In this document: piece by piece, positions 12,331 through 25,054 of the stretch
Layout of the letters: each line of letters starts with the position of its first letter
Position numbering within the stretch: position 1 is the first letter of the stretch
Source: Octopus vulgaris
Lineage: Eukaryota
Assembly (NCBI GenBank): GCA_951406725.2
Contig: OX597815.1
Location: 161,324,001 to 161,388,000 of the forward strand
Length of the DNA stretch: 64,000 nt
Reading direction: 5' to 3'
The notes under the pieces: model-generated
Database searches by the model: none
Seen by the model: only the letters and a program-made list of their open reading frames with translations
Told to the model about the DNA's origin: nothing
Translations under genes and position numbers: made by a program

Positions 12331-13009
12331 GAATGTAGTTTAATAGTGTGTGTGTGTTCATCTAGCGAAACGACGAGGACCATCTAGTCATTATGGGTGA
12401 ATGATAGGTGATGACTTGTGCGGAGGAGACTCAGTTATCAAAACGCTCTTAGGAATATCACCACAGTGCATATTGCAGTGATGGTGGTGATGGCGGTGGT
12501 GATGCTTGTTGGTGATGGTGGTAGTGGTATCATCTGAAGACTGTCATATTGCATTTACTGCAGCTTTCTTGTAATTGATTTCGCAACATACAATTATCTA
12601 ATAAATTTTACAACACCACACGCACACACACACATACACACACACAAACATGCACATGCACACGCACACACACACACACGTGTGCATGCACTCAGAGTGT
12701 ATCTAGTAAATATTGTCATACTAACTGGTACAGTTATCTAGGGAATGTCATCAATACAATTAGCTAATGAGTTTTGTTTTGGTGATCAATGCAGTTATTG
12801 AATGAAAACTACCATGAAAACGCTAAGGTAATCATTAACACACATATATTGTTGTTGCTGTTGTATGCTGTAAGATCTGGTCTATTGTACCTGACCATCC
12901 TTTTTTGTCACTGTCACTCTTCTCTCTCTCTGTCATTACACTTTTGATCTCATTTTGCTCTTCTATATCTTAATAATATCAATATGCATATAGATTCTCT
13001 TTTTCTCTC

Positions 13010-13410
13010 TCTTTTTACTTGTTTCAGTCATTTTGACTGCGGCCATGCTGGTGCACCGCCTTTAATCGAGCAACTCGACCCTGGGACTTATTCTTTGTAA
13101 GCCCAGTACTTATTCTATAGGTTTGTTTTGCCAAACCGCTAATTAACAGGGACATAAACACACCAGCATCGGTTGTCAAGCAATGCAAGGGGGACAAACA
13201 CAGACACACAAACATACACGCACATACATATATATACATATATACGACGGGCTTCTTTCAGTTTCCGTTTACCAAATCCACTTACAAGGCTTTGGTCGGC
13301 CCGAGGCTATAGTAGAAGACACTTGCCCAAGGTGCCACACAGTAGGACTGAACCCCGAACCATGTGGTTGGTAAACAAGCTACTTACCACACAGCCACTT
13401 CTGTGCCTAC
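13010..13410 (-). mobile_element. SINE family A, full length
   Basis: High reverse-complement identity to 59545-59962. Confidence 0.9.
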
Positions 13411-13433
13411 ATTATGTATATATGCATACATAT

Positions 13434-13746
13434 GTGAAGGTGTATGGCTTAGAGGTTAGGGTATTCAGCTCATGGTCATGAGGTCAATTCTCAGCAATAT
13501 GCTGTGTCCTTGAGCAAGACACTTTATTTCACATCGCTCCAGTCCACTCAGCTGGCAAAGTGAGTAGTACCTGTATTTCAAAGGGCCAGCCTTGTCGCAC
13601 TCTGTGTCACACTAAATCTTTAAGAACTACGTTAAGGGTACATGTGTTTGTGGAGTGCTCAGCCACTTGTGTATTAATTACATGAGCAGGCTGTTCCGTT
13701 GATCAGATCAACTAGAACCCTTATCATTGTAACCAATGAAGTGCCA
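13434..13746 (+). mobile_element. tRNA-derived CORE-like SINE (family D)
   Basis: A-box-like tggcttagaggttagg; gtgtccttgagcaagacacttta...cagtccactcagctg resembles the CORE domain. Confidence 0.6.
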
Positions 13747-13794
13747 GATATGTATGTGTGTGTGTGTATGAGTTTGTGAATGTGTTTGTGTGTA

Positions 13795-14016
13795 GTCTTC
13801 TCTAGACATCACATGATGGTTGTAAATGATCATCATAAAAGCAAGGTTGTTCATTTACAGTCTTTCGTGGAAAATGTGTCTAACTATGAGAAAATAGTAC
13901 CTTGCTTGGAAACGGCAGAGGGTTGGTGACAGGAAGGGCATCTGATCATAGAAAATCAACTTCAAATAACCCCATTCAATCCGACCAATGCAAGCATAGA
14001 AAAATGGATGTGAAAA
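13795..14016 (+). mobile_element. SINE 3' part with RTE-type tail
   Basis: ggttggtgacaggaagggcatc...ccaatgcaagcatagaaaaatggatgt parallels the RTE 3' UTR. Confidence 0.6.
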
Positions 14017-14257
14017 GTGGAGGTGCAGCAGCAGCAAGAACCAGATTCCAAAACAATAAAACATGTCATTCTATGTGTTTGGCTTCTTTCTAATATCTGC
14101 TCTAACATTTGAAAGTTTTCTGGAGCTTTAATTTAGCTATTTATAACCTCTATAACAAAAATGGGAGTTTATTTGTGTGTGTTTTATTCTGTAGGCATCT
14201 ATCAGTTATTATTACAAACTAGCTAACCACGTGTCATCAATAATGATGTCTAATTTG

Positions 14258-14514
14258 CAGAAGCATGGAACAAACTGCCGGCATCAGTTGTTAGTTGTCG
14301 AAGCACTGCATCCTTCAAAACTTCCATGCTTCCTGAGATTCGCCAACACTACACTTAATTTTCTCCCCTCCATACACACACAAGCATGTATCTGACTCAT
14401 ACATTGTTCGCTTTCCAGACATTTCTACATTGCTGCATGTACTTTATATGCACTTTCTGACAAGTTGTGGTGCACCTGAGCACTGTATACAATAATTTCA
14501 TTATTATTATTACT
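14258..14514 (+). mobile_element. CR1-type LINE extreme 3' fragment
   Basis: Translates AEAWNKLPASVVSCRSTASFK (WNxLP...FK CR1 C-terminal motif), followed by a UTR and (ATT)n tail. Confidence 0.7.
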
Positions 14515-15838
14515 ATTTTTTAAAATAAGGTACAAAATAAGGTACGTAATAATCACACATACAAACATTTACATACTTTCCTTGTACACACATACACATA
14601 CACACATATACTCACACAGAGTTGAAACATTGATTTTTTTCACCCCTGCCTCTATCACCCCTTCCTTTCTCTCATTGCTATTACTTTTTCTCACTCCCTC
14701 TTAGGGCTATTACTCTCACTACTTCTCCTTTACTGAATTACTATTTTCTCTCCTCCTCCACATCCGGCATGATTCTGGACAAATATATATGTATATAGAT
14801 ATAGATATACTAATATATAAAAGTACTATGCTCATTATTATATTAGGAGATTTAGCCATGGTATTAACACATGTTTTCTATGAGATATACTCACTTATCC
14901 TCTACTCATGTCCTCTTTGTGAAGTGGCATTTTCTTTTCTCTGTGTCAGGAATAAAATACTTTTTTGCATACACACATACAAGAGAAACATGCACACATG
15001 CATACAGATTCACACCTAGCTTGAGGATTTCCTTTTAGCCTGATGACTTGTAAACTCTACTGAGGAATAAATTCATTTCAGAAGATTACTTTTACTCTGT
15101 TTCTCTACCATCTGTTTCTCTTTGTGGTCATTATAACCCTCACTTTAATATGTACATGTGTTTGAAACTAGATCTAGCTTTAAAAATATAGAAATATATA
15201 TCTGTGTTTGCATCTATATTTAGTTTATTTATATAAAAGTATTCTATAATTAATCCTAAATTTCTCACCGCAAAATCAATTGGGAATTTATAGATTAGAA
15301 ATAAGTCAACATGGATGCATTCTTTAAATGACTTGAGCTAATCACATGATGGTCACTGTTATTAGTCAGTAGTAAAATGGTAAGAAAATGTCATTCCAAG
15401 AAGCAAAGAAAATACTGTTACTATGGCAATGTGTTGTTTACTTAACAAACACATAGTTCTGGGCTTAATTGTACTGCATGTCACCTTGAACAAGGCTGTT
15501 CACCTCTTATTTTATGTCACTTCCTAATATTTTTTTAATGCTACTATTGGGAAAATAATTTTTTTTTTTTCTCTTTTGAAAGTCAACAGGTGCTGAATGA
15601 ATTTATGAAGGGAGGTTGAAGTTAGTTCCATCAGGAGATTAGAATTAGAGTGAGAGGCCCAATGATGTGAGGTTTTCTATAAAATAGGGGCCATAGTACT
15701 TTGATCAATTTTCAGTTACTGCAACACTATGCAGAATTGCAAATTTAATTTTTGAAGTGTCTCCTTCATCTCCTAATCATATATATTTTGATGTATTAGG
15801 CCATTTTCTCTATGAAGGACGAAATTGTTTCACAACTT

Positions 15839-15910
15839 TTCTCACAGTTCTATATTTGAGAGATGAGGAATTATGTACATTATTTACTTTATTTACATTT
15901 GATGGATATT
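15839..15910 (-). mobile_element. Short terminal fragment of the hammerhead-SINE family with ~50-bp flanking duplication
   Basis: Matches 16111-16185; flanked by imperfect direct repeats at about 15785-15838 and 15906-15962. Confidence 0.65.
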
Positions 15911-16204
15911 TTGATGTATTAGGCCATTTTCTCTCAGAAGGATGAAATTTGTTTAGCAACTTCATGTGTGGTTTGCAATGCTTTTGTATTGTGGCCCCTA
16001 GATAATGGTAAATGTGTTTGTAATATGGGTGAAACTCAGCTTTAATTTTTATGTCAAAGAGTCAGTAAAATGTGTGATCTTTTGAGAAATGTCTTATGGA
16101 GAGATAAGGTTTCTCACAGTTCTATATTTAAGAGATGAGGAATTATGTACATTATTTACATTATTTACAATTGATGGATATTTGTCCTCATTTTATTTGT
16201 TGTT

Positions 16205-16250
16205 AACACAATGTTTTGGCTGATATACCCTCCAGCCTTCATCAGGTGTC
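16205..16250 (-). ncRNA. Minimal type I hammerhead motif (degenerate, GAAA>AAAA)
   Basis: gacac CTGATGA a ggctg-gagggtatat-cagcc aAAAC att gtgtt. Confidence 0.6.
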
Positions 16251-16362
16251 TTGGGAAAATTTCGAACCTGGGTTCTCATTCCTAAGGTATTTTTCAATGT
16301 TATTATTATTATTATTATTGTTGTTATTATTATTATTATTGTTGTTATTATTATTATTGTTG

Positions 16363-16431
<69 letters not shown>

Positions 16432-16548
16432 TCACTGCCTGGAATTGAACTGGGAATCTTGGGGTTAGTAGCCCATGCTCTTAACCACTATGCCATATGC
16501 CTGTGGGCATATAGCATAGTGGTTAAGAGCATGGGCTACTAACCCCAA

Positions 16549-16781
16549 TAAGGGGGTGAGCTGGCAAAAACGTTGGCATGCCAGGCAAAATACTTAACGG
16601 TATTTCATCTGCCACTACATTCTGAGTTCAAATTCCGCTGAGGTTGACTTTGCCTTTCATCCTTTCGGGGTCGATTAAATAAGTACCAGTTATGCACTGG
16701 GGTCGATATAACTGACTTAATCCAGTTGTCTGTCCTTGTTTATCCCCTCTGTGTGTAGCCCCTTGTGGGCAGTAAAGAAAT
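16549..16781 (+). mobile_element. SINE family B, full length
   Basis: gagctggc...gttctgagttcaaattccgctgaggttgactttgcctttcatcctttcggggtcga...agccccttgtgggcagtaaagaaat. Confidence 0.9.
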
Positions 16782-16795
16782 AATAATAATAATAA

Positions 16796-16826
<31 letters not shown>

Positions 16827-16880
16827 AATAACATCGAAAAATACCTTAGGAATGAGAACCCAGGTTCGAAATTTCCCCAA

Positions 16881-16923
16881 AACACCTGATGAAGGCTGGA
16901 GAGTATATCAGCCGAAACATGTT
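16881..16923 (+). ncRNA. Minimal type I hammerhead motif (degenerate at the cleavage site)
   Basis: aacac CTGATGA a ggctg-gagagtatat-cagcc GAAAC atgtt. Confidence 0.6.
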
Positions 16924-17274
16924 AACAACCAACAAGATGAGGACAAATATCCGTCAAATGTAAATAATGTAAGGTTTCTCCCTATGCTACATTTTACTTC
17001 GGTCATATTGTATTAGTATTTCTCTTCCCTAATATTTATATGGTGCTTATACTTTGTTGTTATTACCGAGTAAATGTTTTTGTGTGTGCCATGGATTCCC
17101 ATTACTGTTTCATTTCAACACTTTATGGTTTTAATAATAGTAACTTATCTATGTTTATTGTGTTAAGCTATTTCTAGTGAGATGCAAACTGTACAGAGCA
17201 TTTTTATTTCTGTAGTATTATTTCTGGAGTAGTCTTAGTTCTGTTTCTCTGAGGAGGTTTTTCTTCTGCATATA

Positions 17275-17785
17275 ATCTTTTCTACTCCAGGCACAAGGCT
17301 TGAAATTTTGGGGGAGTTGGCCAGTTGATTAGATCGACCCTGGTGCACAACTAGTACTTAATTTATCGATCCCAAAAGGATGAAAGGCAAAGTCAACCTC
17401 GGTAGAATTTGAACTCAGAACGTAAAGACAGACATAATACTGCTAAGCATTTCACCCAGCTCACCACCTTTTCCTTCTGCATATAATGCTTTCTAGGGTT
17501 TACAAAAACAGGATTAATGAACTCACAACAACACTCATTCCATCAACATACTTAAAGGCAGCGAGCTAGCAGAACCGTTAGCACGCAGGGCGAAATGCGT
17601 AGCTGTATTTCGTCTGCTGTTACGTTCTGAGTTCAAATTCTGCCGAGGTCGACTTTGCCTTTCATCCTTTCGAGGTCGATATATTAAGTACCAGTTACGC
17701 ACTGGGATCGATGTAATCGACTTAACACCTATGTCTGTCCTTGTTTGTCCCCTCTGTGTGTAGCCCCTTGTGGGTAATAAAGAAA
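17275..17785. mobile_element. Two SINE family B copies (minus 17275-17470, plus 17555-17785)
   Basis: Match to the family B body in opposite orientations. Confidence 0.85.
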
Positions 17786-18274
17786 CACATATTTATTGAA
17801 GCCCTTCATTCCCTACGGATGATTTTTTTTTCCATTGTTCTCAACACTAGGTTGTCTTCTCTGCTTCTCTCCATTTGGATCCCTACTTTTTCAGATCTGC
17901 CTAAGTATCCTACCTCCAGCTATTTTTCAGGAATCCTCTCTTCTGACACCCTTGTTGGTTCCAGGTTAGGATCAGGTGTGCTATATTTTCATGAGGAAAG
18001 GCCTTCTTTTCCCAGGCTTTTAATTGTCATCATTGCTTCTGTAACTCTTTTTTAGGTAGATGTGTTGACCGTACGCAAACCCATTTCTATCTCTGGGGAA
18101 AGTATCAAAAGCCATGCAGATGTAAGATTTAAATACTATGTTGGGTAGATCGAGGAACTAACACCATGAGAAATTTCTTTCTCAAGCTTTGGCACATTGC
18201 CATATAATTTATTCCATCAGGTGCAATGGACTTTAATGTGTGTGTGCATCCAATAGCAGTATGCATTGGCAGAC

Positions 18275-18530
18275 AGAGACACAACACACACACAAACACA
18301 TACACTCACTCTCTCTCACACACACACACTCACACATGCACACAAACACATACATTCACTCTCTCTCTCACACACACACACTCATTCACTCACCATACAT
18401 ACACTCACTCAGACACCACACACACTTACACACCACAAACTCACTCTCATACCACACACACACCAGACACTCACTCATGACACACACATACACACACTCA
18501 CTTACAACACACACACACACACATATATAC
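18275..18530. repeat. Degenerate (CA)n/(CT)n tract
   Basis: Direct inspection. Confidence 0.9.
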
Positions 18531-19297
18531 ACGTTTTCCATGCTATGTCTTTCTGATTCTATTAGAGTTGTTGCAGATTAGCCATGATTGAGCAGGCTTA
18601 TAATCAAAGACATTCCAAACCTGACTGTCCAATCATTTTGTTTATATCTAAGGACCATATTACCCCACAAGTTACTTCTTGTCAAGACAGCAGTATGTAT
18701 AATTTGACACAATTTGGCTGGTATTTCTAGCAGGTCATGTAACCTTAGAGAGAGTCTTACATTTGCCTGTCTGATGCTGTTGTTTTTGGCCAGTGCTTTT
18801 TCATTTTTCTTTCAAAAGTTTTTCGAGTATTATAAATCACCTCAATTTAGTTTTGTAAATAACATTAATGTCTCCAACCAAACCACTCTTTTTATGCATT
18901 CTTCATATATTTCTCTTTATATCTCTCTCACTCTCTCTCTCTCCATACACACACACTTAACCACAAACAAATATATTTATAATAAACAGAGATAGATTAG
19001 TCCAGCTAATTGGCAAACGTCCTCAGAGTTATTTAATTGATTTTACCATTAAATCAGTTTCTGGAAAAGTAAGCAGTAACAAAGCAGTTATTTTTAGTCA
19101 CGATTGGAGACTTACAGTAACTTCAGTAAACTTTCATTAATTAGTTCTTCGCTTGAATGTTAAATGAGGCAAATAGTTTCATTTATTCAGGAGCATATGC
19201 TGTCTTCCATATTTTATTGTTTTGGTATTGATAAATTATATGCATATATATATACATATATTGTTTTTCTGTAGATTTGAACTGTATATACATAAAG

Positions 19298-19876
19298 AGC
19301 ACCATCCAAATGTGGTCAATGCCAGTGCCACCTGACTAGCTCCCATGCCGGTGGCATGTTAAAAGCATCCACTACACTCTCGGAGTGGTTGGCATTAGGA
19401 AGGACATCCAGCAGCAGAAACCGTGCCAGATCAGATTGGTGCCTGGTGCAGCCTTACTGGCTTTCCAGTACCCAGTTTGACTGGCTACTAGCAAGCATGG
19501 AAGACAGATGTTAAATGATGATGATGATGATATTATCCAAAGTGTACATATCCATCATAGCTGATCTTACCAATTGATTCTGCACTAGGGTAACAACGGA
19601 GTGTTAAGTAACAATCCGATTATATAACTCTATGCTCATCAGAGGTAGCCAATATGGAATGGAATATGATGACTATATAAATATCATCATCATCATCATC
19701 ATTGTTTAGCGTCCGTTTTCCATGCTAGCATGGGTTGGACGGTTCTACTGGGGTCTGTGAAGCCAGAAGGCTTCATCAGGCCCAGTCAAATCTGGCAGTG
19801 TTTCTACGGCTGGATGCCCTTCCTAATGCCAACCACTCCGTGAGTGTAGTGGGTGCTTTTTACATGCCACCCGCAC
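19298..19876. mobile_element. Two RTE 3'-tail copies, tail to tail (plus 19298-19530, minus 19684-19876)
   Basis: Both match the RTE 3' UTR and end in (GAT)n. Confidence 0.85.
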
Positions 19877-20049
19877 ATATATATATATATATGATGGCTG
19901 CAAACTCGTGTTCGAATATTGCCATCACCTGTCCAACATTCACCCTCACCCTCCTCACCAAGCAAGCTTGATGGTGTTGCCAGTTTAGTCACTGATGACC
20001 TGACCATGCAACAGGTTGTATTGGGTTACATGTTACCAGTAGTGCCCAC

Positions 20050-20086
<37 letters not shown>

Positions 20087-20094
20087 TTATCTTT

Positions 20095-20326
20095 TTCTTT
20101 CTTTTATTCTTTTACTTGTTTCAGTCATTTGACTGCAGCCATGCTGGACCACCACCTTTAGTTGAGCAAACTTATTCTTTGTAAGCCTAGTACATATTCA
20201 ATCGGTCTCTTTTGCCAAAGCACTGAATTACAGGGCCATAAATACACCAGCATCAGTTGTCAAGCGATGTTGGGGGACAAACATATACACATACATATAT
20301 ACATATAAATATATATATATGCATAT

Positions 20327-20368
<42 letters not shown>

Positions 20369-20830
20369 ATATCTAAGACAGGCCTCTTTCAGTTTCCATC
20401 TACCAAATCCACTCACAAGGTTTGGTCAGCCCAAGGCTGACACTTGCCCACGGTGCCATGTAGTGGGACTGAACCTGGTTGGTAAGGCACAGGCATGACT
20501 GTGTGGTAAATAGCTTCCTTCCCAACCTCATTGTTCTGGATTCAGTCCCACTGTGTGGCACCTTGGGCAAGTGTCTTCTACTATAGCCCTGGGCTGACCA
20601 AAACTCTGTGAGTCAATTTAGTGGATGGAAACTAAAAGGAGCCCACTGTATATATGTGTGTGTGTGTGCACGCCTGTGCATCTGTGTTTGTCCCCCACCA
20701 CTGCTTGAAAACCAGTGTTTACAACCCCACAAGTTAGCAGTTTGTCCTAAGAGAGGAATAGAATAAGTACCAGGGTTAAAAAAGTACTGGGGGTTGATTC
20801 CTTCAACTAAAAGTTCTCAAGGCAGTGACC
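20095..20830. mobile_element. Head-to-head pair of SINE family A copies (minus 20095-20485, plus 20486-20830)
   Basis: Family A similarity in both orientations. Confidence 0.85.
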
Positions 20831-21309
20831 CAGCATATACATGCATACACACAAAGACATATATAGGCACATGCACATTCACAACAGGTGCACGTAGGCA
20901 CAAGGAAGTAGAAGTACACACACACATGCACAGACACACAAATACATGAATACACAGAACACATACATAAACATGTATACACATATATATGCCAGTACAC
21001 ATGCACACTGGCATGCACACACACACACACACAGACACATGCAACAAGGTCACAAACAGACAAATGCAGCATTCATAACCAACTAAATCAAAAGTCATTG
21101 AAACAGTTGTAAGTAGCAATGAAAGAGCTTTGACAAAATAAACAAAACAAATGAATTACTGTTTAACCAAATTAAACGAACAATCGATTAGTTAGTTAGA
21201 TATTTAACTAATTGACTAATAATAAAGGAGTGGAATTGAACCAGTGCATGTGTTAATAATATTGGCATAATGGCTGTTGCCACACACTACAAAATATGTG
21301 TGTGTGAGG

Positions 21310-21968
21310 GCTTTGTGTTTTATTTGTCACCCAACCACCATTATTTGACGACTGGTATTGGTTTGTAAACATTCATGTAACTTAGCAGTTCAGCAAAAGA
21401 ACCTGATGGAATAAGTATCACATTTAACAAAAAAAAATGTATTGGGATTACTTTGTTCAACTAAACTATTCAAGGCGATGCCCCAATGGGACCACAGTCT
21501 AATGACTGAAACAAGTAAAAAGTATATATATAGGCACAGGAGTGGCTGTGGGGTATCAAGCTTGCCTCCCAACAACATGGTTCTGGGTTCAGTCCCACTG
21601 CATGGCATCTTGGGCAAATATCTTCTACTATAGCCTCCAGTTAGTAGAAGCCTTTTGAGTGGATTTCGTAGACGGAAACTGAAAGAAGTCTGTCATGTAT
21701 ATATATATGTATATATATATGTATATATATATGTATATATATATGTATATATAATGTGTGTGTGTGTGTGTATGTATGTATGTGTTTGTGTTGCCCTACC
21801 ATTTCTTGACAGCCAATGTTGGTGTATTCACGTCCCTGTAACTCAGCGGTTTGGTAATAGAAACCGATAGAATAAGTACTAGGCTTACAAAGAATAAGGT
21901 CCTGGGATTGATTTGTTCAACTAAAGGTGGTGCATGTCAAATGACTGAAACAAGTAAAAGAATAAAAG

Positions 21969-21970
<2 letters not shown>
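21310..21970 (+). mobile_element. SINE family A: 3' half (21310-21520) plus full copy (21532-21970)
   Basis: Family A similarity. Confidence 0.85.
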
Positions 21971-22017
<47 letters not shown>

Positions 22018-22020
22018 ATA

Positions 22021-23632
22021 CAATGGCACCATTTAATTTAAGAACGCTAGTATTCTAATGTTTAAATGGCATTTTTTATATATATTCAAGATGTAAATTG
22101 TGAATTAAGATGTTTATCAAAATAAAGAAAATTTCACGAATATGGTATGCATTTTACAGCATAACATCAACATATCAATTTTAAATTAAAAATAAACTTT
22201 GTTTTGAGTAATTTACGTTGCCATTTAATTTAAGAACGATTTGCTAAATTTCATTTTTTTATATTAGTCAATAAGACTAATATAAAAATAGGGTAATTTG
22301 CATGCTGTTACAATTTTAAGTTACTTAATAGTTGTGATGGGTAAAAGACAAAACTTAACACCAGAAACCAGAGTAAGGATTGTTCAGCATATTTGAATGA
22401 AATGGTCATATAAAGCTATTTCAAACGAAGTTGGATGCTCTAAAACAGCCGTCTACAGTACTGTCCATCTTTATAAAGAAGCTAATGATTATAAAGACCG
22501 CCCTCGACCTGAGCAATCAAGAACAAGAAAGGATAGATACATTCATAGACTGTCCCTAAAAAAGTGAAAAATGACTGCTGTTGACATTTTGAAAGAAATT
22601 CAGCAAAAATATGGACTTACCATTGAAATGTCCACCATAAAAATCCGTCTCAAAGAATTTGGACTTCTAGGAAGAGTTTCTCACAAAAAGCCATATATTT
22701 CTTTAAAAAGTTGACATGCTCAAATACAATTCACAAAAGAACATTTGAATTGGAGTCCAGCAGATTGGTCGAATGTGTTGTGGTCAGACAAGCCAAAGTT
22801 CAACTTGTTCAGCAGTGATGGCAGGAGGTATGTAAGAAGGCATATAGGCAGAGAATATAATCCAGAATGCATCCAACCTACAATTAAACATGTTGGTGGA
22901 AGTGTGATGGTGTGGGGGTGCACGTCTGGAAAAGACATTGGTCCTATAATCCGAATCAAGGGTGTTATTGAAAATAAGTCCTATCTAGAAATATTAGATA
23001 AGACTATGCTTCCATACGCCCGAAAGCATTTGGGCTGATCTTGGAATTTCCAGCATGACAATCTGAAACACACCTTGCATCTCGTCAGAGATTACATTAG
23101 GTCTAAGGGAGTTCGGTTGATGCATGGCCCAACCTAAATCCCATCAAAAATCTTTTGGAAAGAATGGGTATAGCTGTGCTAAGAAGTAAGCCAAAGAATA
23201 CAGATGATTTATTTTACATTATTAGCCAAAATTGAGAAAAAATCTCAGGAACAGTGTTAAATGATCTGAACAATTCAATGTTTTGCAGATGCAAAGCTGT
23301 ATTAAATAATTTTGGATTCCCAATCAAATACTGATTGTGTGAGCTAATTGCTTTTTGTTTTTTTTTTGATCATTTCAGAATAAACTTCTTAAAACAAAAA
23401 AAGGAAATTTTACAAATCGTTCTTAAATTAAATGGAATTAAAAATTATGATAATTAAGATTTATCTTTAATTTAAAATTAATATGTTGTAGTTACACTGT
23501 AAAGCTGTATATCATATTAAAGCTTGTGAAATTTTCTTTATACATTTTCATTCACAATTTACAACTTGAATATATAAAAAATACCATTTAAGCATTAGTG
23601 TACTAGCGTTCTTAAATCAAATGGTGCCACTG
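22021..23632 (+). mobile_element. Full-length Tc1-family DNA transposon, IR/DR type
   Basis: ~230-bp imperfect TIRs (22021-22252, 23403-23632) starting CA(A/G)TGGCACCATTT; ccatttaatttaagaacg repeated at both ends of each TIR; TA on both sides (22019-20, 23633-34). Confidence 0.92.
22337..23334 (+). pseudogene. Tc1 DDE transposase pseudogene
   Basis: MGKRQNLTPE start; WSNVLWSDKPKFNLFSSDGRRYVRR, KHVGGSVMVWGC, FQHDN, WP-NLNPIKNL; ends FPIKY*; several stops and frameshifts. Confidence 0.9.
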
Positions 23633-23694
23633 TATATACGTGTGTGTGTGTGTGTGTGTGTCTTTGTAAGTGTGTGTGTGTATGTACGTGTGTG

Positions 23695-23738
<44 letters not shown>

Positions 23739-24679
23739 GACAATGAAAGAAATGGGGAAACAAAGAAAGCTTCTAGCAATGCAGAAACTTTTACAAAAAA
23801 AAAAAAAAAAATGCCTTTATATTTTAAACACAAAGGCCTATCTTCAGAAGGAAGAAATCCAAGAAATATGTATTTACATCAATTCTGTTATTTTATGTTA
23901 AACTGCTTGATGTTTGGGTTAGTAGCAGCTGCAAATCACCAACTGTTAGTGCAAGCAACTTTCCTATTGTTGGTCCAATTGTTGTGATGTATTTTCAAGT
24001 GATTGTGATAGCAGTGGTGGTGGTGATGGAAGATGTCGTTGGTGGCATATGTTATGTTGGTTATAGTCACCATAATGTATTCATAGGAGTCACTGGCCCA
24101 TCTCTGATCAACTATGTGAGTATAACTATAAATATATAATAGTAGAAACATGGTCAAATGGTTAAGTATTTTTCTTCAAAAATCACAAATTCCCGGGATC
24201 AATCTCATATGTCATTTTAGGCAAACATTTTTCGATATAGCCAATGTTGAACCAAAGATTTTTGAATGAAATTAAGTCAACAAAAATTGTGCTGAAACTT
24301 GTTGGATAGACTGCACCTGTAGTTCAAAGATCCAGTCTTTCAACAGAATTTCATGCTGCTTCTGCTTGAAAATTATATTATCTAAGAGCACATGAGTGAG
24401 TGGAATACTCAGCCACATAGTTAAACACTAATTTAACGAACTGGTATTTCAGTTGATCAAACTTTTGAATACACAGTGTTAAAACTAATGAAGTTCCATT
24501 TTGTGTATGTATATTCTTAACACACAAAAGGAAATTCTTTATGGCTGATAACCAATTCACAACTAACATTACTTATAACTTGCCTTGCAACTACCTCCAG
24601 CAATAATAATTAACTCAGCTAAATAACTGAAATGAAAGTATCCACAAATTTTAAAGAGCTAAATATTCCATGGACTTTT

Positions 24680-25050
24680 ATTGTGTTTCAGCACTGCCTT
24701 GCAGCACTTTTAGTCAAATGAATCGATCTCATTCAGTTTTTTTTCTTCTGAATTCTGGTGCTTATTCCATTGTTCTCTTTTGCTAAACCACTAAGTTACA
24801 GGGATGTAAACACACCAATACCAGTTGTCACGTGGTGGTGGTAGTGGGGAACAAATATAGACACAAAGACACACACTCATACATATACATGGTGAACGTC
24901 TTTCAGTTTTTGTCAACCAAATCCATTCACAAGGCTTTTATCAGCTCAAGACTACAGTAGTAGACATTTGCCCAAGGTGCTACACAGTGAGACTGAACTC
25001 AGAACCATGTAGTTATGAAGCAAGCTTCTTACCACACAGCCACACCTGTG
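24680..25050 (-). mobile_element. SINE family A, degraded
   Basis: Reverse-complement family A similarity. Confidence 0.8.
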
Positions 25051-25054
25051 TCTC

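Larger units (their letters stand above)
16116..16969. mobile_element. Palindromic tRNA-headed hammerhead element (head-to-head arms), right arm interrupted by SINE B
   Basis: Minus arm: tRNA head 16501-16428, (AAT)n, hammerhead 16250-16205. Plus arm: partial head 16505-16548, (AAT)n, hammerhead 16881-16923. taaggtttctc repeated at 16105-16115 and 16970-16980. Confidence 0.75.
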
